Origin: Eledone cirrhosa
Taxonomy: Eukaryota
Direction of reading: 5' to 3'
Assembly (NCBI GenBank): GCA_964016885.1
Contig: OZ024745.1
Span: forward strand, 78,616,001-78,680,000
Length of the DNA: 64,000 nucleotides
The position numbers and the translations under genes were made by a program. The notes beneath the pieces were generated by a model that saw nothing but the letters and a program-made list of their open reading frames with translations, had not been told where the DNA came from and searched no databases. This document shows, in pieces, positions 57,322 to 64,000 of this stretch; position 1 is the first letter of the stretch; each line of letters starts with the position of its first letter.

Positions 57322-57366
57322 AGTCATAGTTCTTTCGTCACACACTCTGTGACCTCTTCAGTGACT
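57322..57366 (-). ncRNA. Minimal type I hammerhead
   Basis: Reverse complement of 58336-58380. Confidence 0.75.
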
Positions 57367-58335
57367 GGGGATTTCTTTCTTCGTTTCTGTGCCTTTCCTT
57401 TCTTCTATCCTACGCCATTTTGTTTGTGTGTGGGTTGCGTGCTCAGTTTGCGCATGCGCCACATCCGGGTGTCTGTGTGTGTTTGTGTTCATTTTTCTAT
57501 TTTTATATTTTTTTATATTTATATTTGTTTGTTTATTTATTTATTTATTGTTGGTTGGTTGTTTGTTCTATGTGTGTGTGTGTTTTCATTTTGTCTTGTG
57601 TGTGTTTTCATTTTGTGTGTGTTTTCAATTGTAAGTTGTTTATATATGTGTGTGTGTGTTTTCATTTTGTCCTTAATTGTAAGTTGTGATGTTGCTGTTC
57701 CACTCATATTTTCTATTTAATTTTGGTTTTAATTCTTTTATGCTTACTGCCTCTGTAATTTGCCTAAACATTGCGTCTTTCTTGTGTGTGGATTCTATTT
57801 TTATTTCTATGCTCTCTAATTTACCCCTGTGTTCTATCTTAGCATGTTGGTAGAGCACAGATGATTCTTTACTATCTTGGAGGTCTCGCCAGTGTTCATT
57901 TATTCGTTCCCCTATACTACGAGCTGTCTCACCTATGTACACTATATTTTTGTTTCTACATTGTCCCTCAGTACATCTTATGCTATATACTACATTTCTA
58001 GTTTTACAGTTAATATGGGGGCTTATTTTACAGGTTATACATTTCTTATCTATACATGAGGGTCTTTGGAACGGGTATGTCTTGCTAATAAGTGTTTTTA
58101 CGGAGGTACCAGGTCTTTCTACTATCTTAATATTGAGATTATGTTTCTTTAGGGCCCTTCTAAATTTGTAGGCTAGTTCACCTCTAGGGGTTGTATTGAT
58201 GAACATTACACTCTGGTATTTATTGCTATCATACCATGAGTTTATTCTATTGGCCTTGTTCTTAGTTCTTTCTATGCAAACAAAATGGCGTAGGATAGAA
58301 GAAAGGAAGGCACAGAAACGAAGAAAGAAATCCCC

Positions 58336-58380
58336 AGTCACTGAAGAGGTCACAGAGTGTGTGACGAAAGAACTATGACT
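58336..58380 (+). ncRNA. Minimal type I hammerhead
   Basis: AGTCA CTGAAGA G GTCAC agagtgt GTGAC GAAA GAAC TA TGACT. Confidence 0.75.
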
Positions 58381-58622
58381 ATATATATATAAACAACTAT
58401 CTGGTTGTGGAACCAACCAACCAACCAGAAATTTATAAATTTGTAAATTTATAAATATATATTAAATTAAATTGAAGTGAAAGCAACTGGTGCGTGTGTT
58501 TCTTATTGGCAACATGACCCTCCCAAAGTATAACAATATCGGTTTCAACACACGATTTCAGATAAAGAATCTTGCTAAACAAATTCAGAAACGAAATATA
58601 TATATATATATATATGTATATG

Positions 58623-61886
<3,264 letters not shown>

Positions 61887-62207
61887 ATTATTATATATTT
61901 GAAAATTGACCGGTTAATACATTTACATACATCTATATTATTATATATTTGAAACCACGTGTTTTCGAACTTGTGAGTACATTTTCCTTTAACTACAAAT
62001 TATTATTATATACTTTCGTCTTTTCATTAACTTAATTAATTTCAAATAACCAGAATATACATATATATATATATACTCATATTTATATATATACTCTTCT
62101 CACTCACACACAAGAAAAACAAAAAACAAAAATAAATCAAAAATAAATTTAAAAAAAATATATATATTGAAATACTTAACTAAAACACACACACACTCAA
62201 AACTAGA

Positions 62208-63373
62208 ATGGCTAACCAGCAAAAATCCAAACAGAACTGGTCTGATAATGAAATCGACATTCTAATAAACACATGGCATTGCCTTTCCCAAACAGAAGAT
62301 ATAGATGCTTCATCTCTGAACGACATTGCTAAACGTACAGTTCAATTTTTGAAAACTCGATCTGAACAACAGATTCAAAATAAATTAAAGCAAATCGAAA
62401 TTGCTTTTAAATTAATCAATAAACATTTGGATAAACTACGGTGTGTTTTCTCTTCGAATGCTGTCCAGCAGCAGCAACATAACAACAGCAGCTACAACAG
62501 CAACAACAACAACAGCTACAACAACAACATCAACAACAGCAACAACAACAACAACGACAACAACAGTGTGAACCACTCCTTGATTCATCAACAATGGCCG
62601 ATCTACTAAATGAAACTATTGACCCCCCAGTAGCCTCTGTCTCACAGCATGAAACGCCACATCCTTTCTCTGGCCCAGCAGTCCAATCATCACCACTGCC
62701 AACATCTCTGCCTACTACTACTACTACTACTACAACATTTTTGTCTACTGCTATGTCAAGGAATTTACCTTCTAATACCAGTACAAGAAGTCTCCCTCCC
62801 ACAGTCCACAAAGGTCGTCAAATCCTACCCAAACCATCATCTACACCTCTCACAACACACACACCCACATACCCACCCACTCGAAACCCCATCATTTGCC
62901 GCTACTCTCTACGCTATAGAATATGTACGGATAGTGGCTGCAAATTCACCCATTTACCTAGGACAAAACGATCTATCCCCACAAACAGCCACCACCATAA
63001 TACATACTCTAATTTAACACCAACACAACCACCAATAACTCAAACAAGGAATCCACAAATCTGCCGCTTTTCCCTGCGAGACAGATTGTGTTTAGACCGG
63101 GATTGTCCCTTTACCCATCTCCCGGGGACCCGTCGGACAAATGAAAATAAAATTAAAAATAAAAGCAAAAACAAAAACCAGAACCTACATAAAAATAACC
63201 ACTACCACAGTCACCAACAGTCTTCTAAACAGGAAACTTCTTCCTCTTTTTTAGCCATAATGAATCTGGCAAAAGAACTGGAAAAAACATTCGAGCTATC
63301 ACCCAGCACCACCCTCCACTATCACCCCACTGCACAAACTCCCATTGCTGCCATTAACAAACAAACAAATTAA
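62208..63373 (+). CDS. CR1-group LINE ORF1 (Myb/SANT-like N-terminus, two CCCH fingers), split in two frames
   Basis: 62208-62609 QNWSDNEIDILINTW..RSEQQIQNKLKQI; 62594-63373 has CRYSLRYRICTDSGCKFTH and CRFSLRDRLCLDRDCPFTH (C-x8-C-x4-C-x3-H); directly upstream of the APE ORF. Confidence 0.7.
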
Positions 63374-64000
63374 CAACACACCAAAACAATTAAAACCATC
63401 CACTCTCGCCTCTACATTTTTGCTTAACGCCCAAGGCATCAGCCCTTCCACCAATACTCAAAAATGGAAGATCAAATTCCTGGAGGACTGGATTGATGTC
63501 CATCCAAACCACATCCCTTTCTTCGTCCTCACTGAAACCCATCTCAGTAACCTCCACTTGGAAGCCGAGGTGAAAGTGAAAAATTTCAAAGCCATCCGTG
63601 CTGATCGCGCTGGCAGAAGAAAGGGCGGAACTGCCATTTATGTCCATAATTCTTTCTCAACAGAGGCTATGAACATATTCACTAATGGATACTGTGAAGC
63701 AGTCACTGTATTCAGTCAAACCAACAACCTATTAGTAGTTGGGCTCTATAGGCCACCCCAAACGCCTGTACCATGCTTCAAGGAATTCCTCAACAGCATA
63801 AAGTGTTTCATCCAAGAGTGTCACCCTGACAACATCTTAATGATGGGGGACTTCAACCTCCCCGGAGTTGACTGGTCCACAAACAGCCTGCCACCAGGTT
63901 CTTCTGCCTCAACCTCTGACAGGGAAGCTATGGAATCGCTTCTTGACTTCATGGATGATTTCTTCCTATCCCAACTGGTGCTCGAACCAACGAGGTGCCA
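63264..64000 (+). CDS. CR1-group LINE ORF2, APE endonuclease, partial (runs off the window)
   Basis: Open frame absent from the ORF track: LLNAQGI, LTETHL, RADR..KGGTAIYV, GLYRPP, MGDFNLPGVDW, LSQLVLEPTR. Confidence 0.9.
   Translation, partial: MWQKNWKKHSSYHPAPPSTITPLHKLPLLPLTNKQINNTPKQLKPSTLASTFLLNAQGISPSTNTQKWKIKFLEDWIDVHPNHIPFFVLTETHLSNLHLEAEVKVKNFKAIRADRAGRRKGGTAIYVHNSFSTEAMNIFTNGYCEAVTVFSQTNNLLVVGLYRPPQTPVPCFKEFLNSIKCFIQECHPDNILMMGDFNLPGVDWSTNSLPPGSSASTSDREAMESLLDFMDDFFLSQLVLEPTRC

Overview
This is AT-rich, repeat-dominated eukaryotic DNA. It is probably octopod cephalopod, inferred from the tRNA-like SINE family and the heavy (TA)n/(CA)n load. No host gene can be supported, and most long ORFs in the track are microsatellite artefacts. 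The window is a nested retroelement cluster. (1) 0.2-14.3 kb: a head-to-tail array of RTE LINE 3' halves with C2H2 fingers, alternating with a short RTE-derived element, with a full-length but decayed Tx1/L1-type LINE (1831-7654, 9-bp TSD) inserted in it. (2) 14-37 kb: older relics, including SINEs, Helitron-like elements, a Tigger/pogo relic, CRE-like fragments and an inverted RTE. (3) 37-59 kb: a dense set of Penelope-like elements (PLEs) in TA microsatellites, including an intact 813-aa Naiad-type RT/GIY-YIG element with direct and inverted pLTRs (47241-55452). (4) 62.2 kb to the end: the 5' part of a CR1-group LINE. Manual folding gives 8 well-formed hammerhead ribozyme motif copies plus several degenerate ones. 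The most notable signals are: two unrelated hammerheads sharing an unusual long-stem-II, C.A-closed architecture; fold-back insertions whose turn point lies inside the hammerhead CUGANGA core; a non-coding retrozyme-like 1454-bp PLE derivative; and a possible HDV-like ribozyme on the short RTE element. All structures were paired by eye; no searches or folding programs were run.
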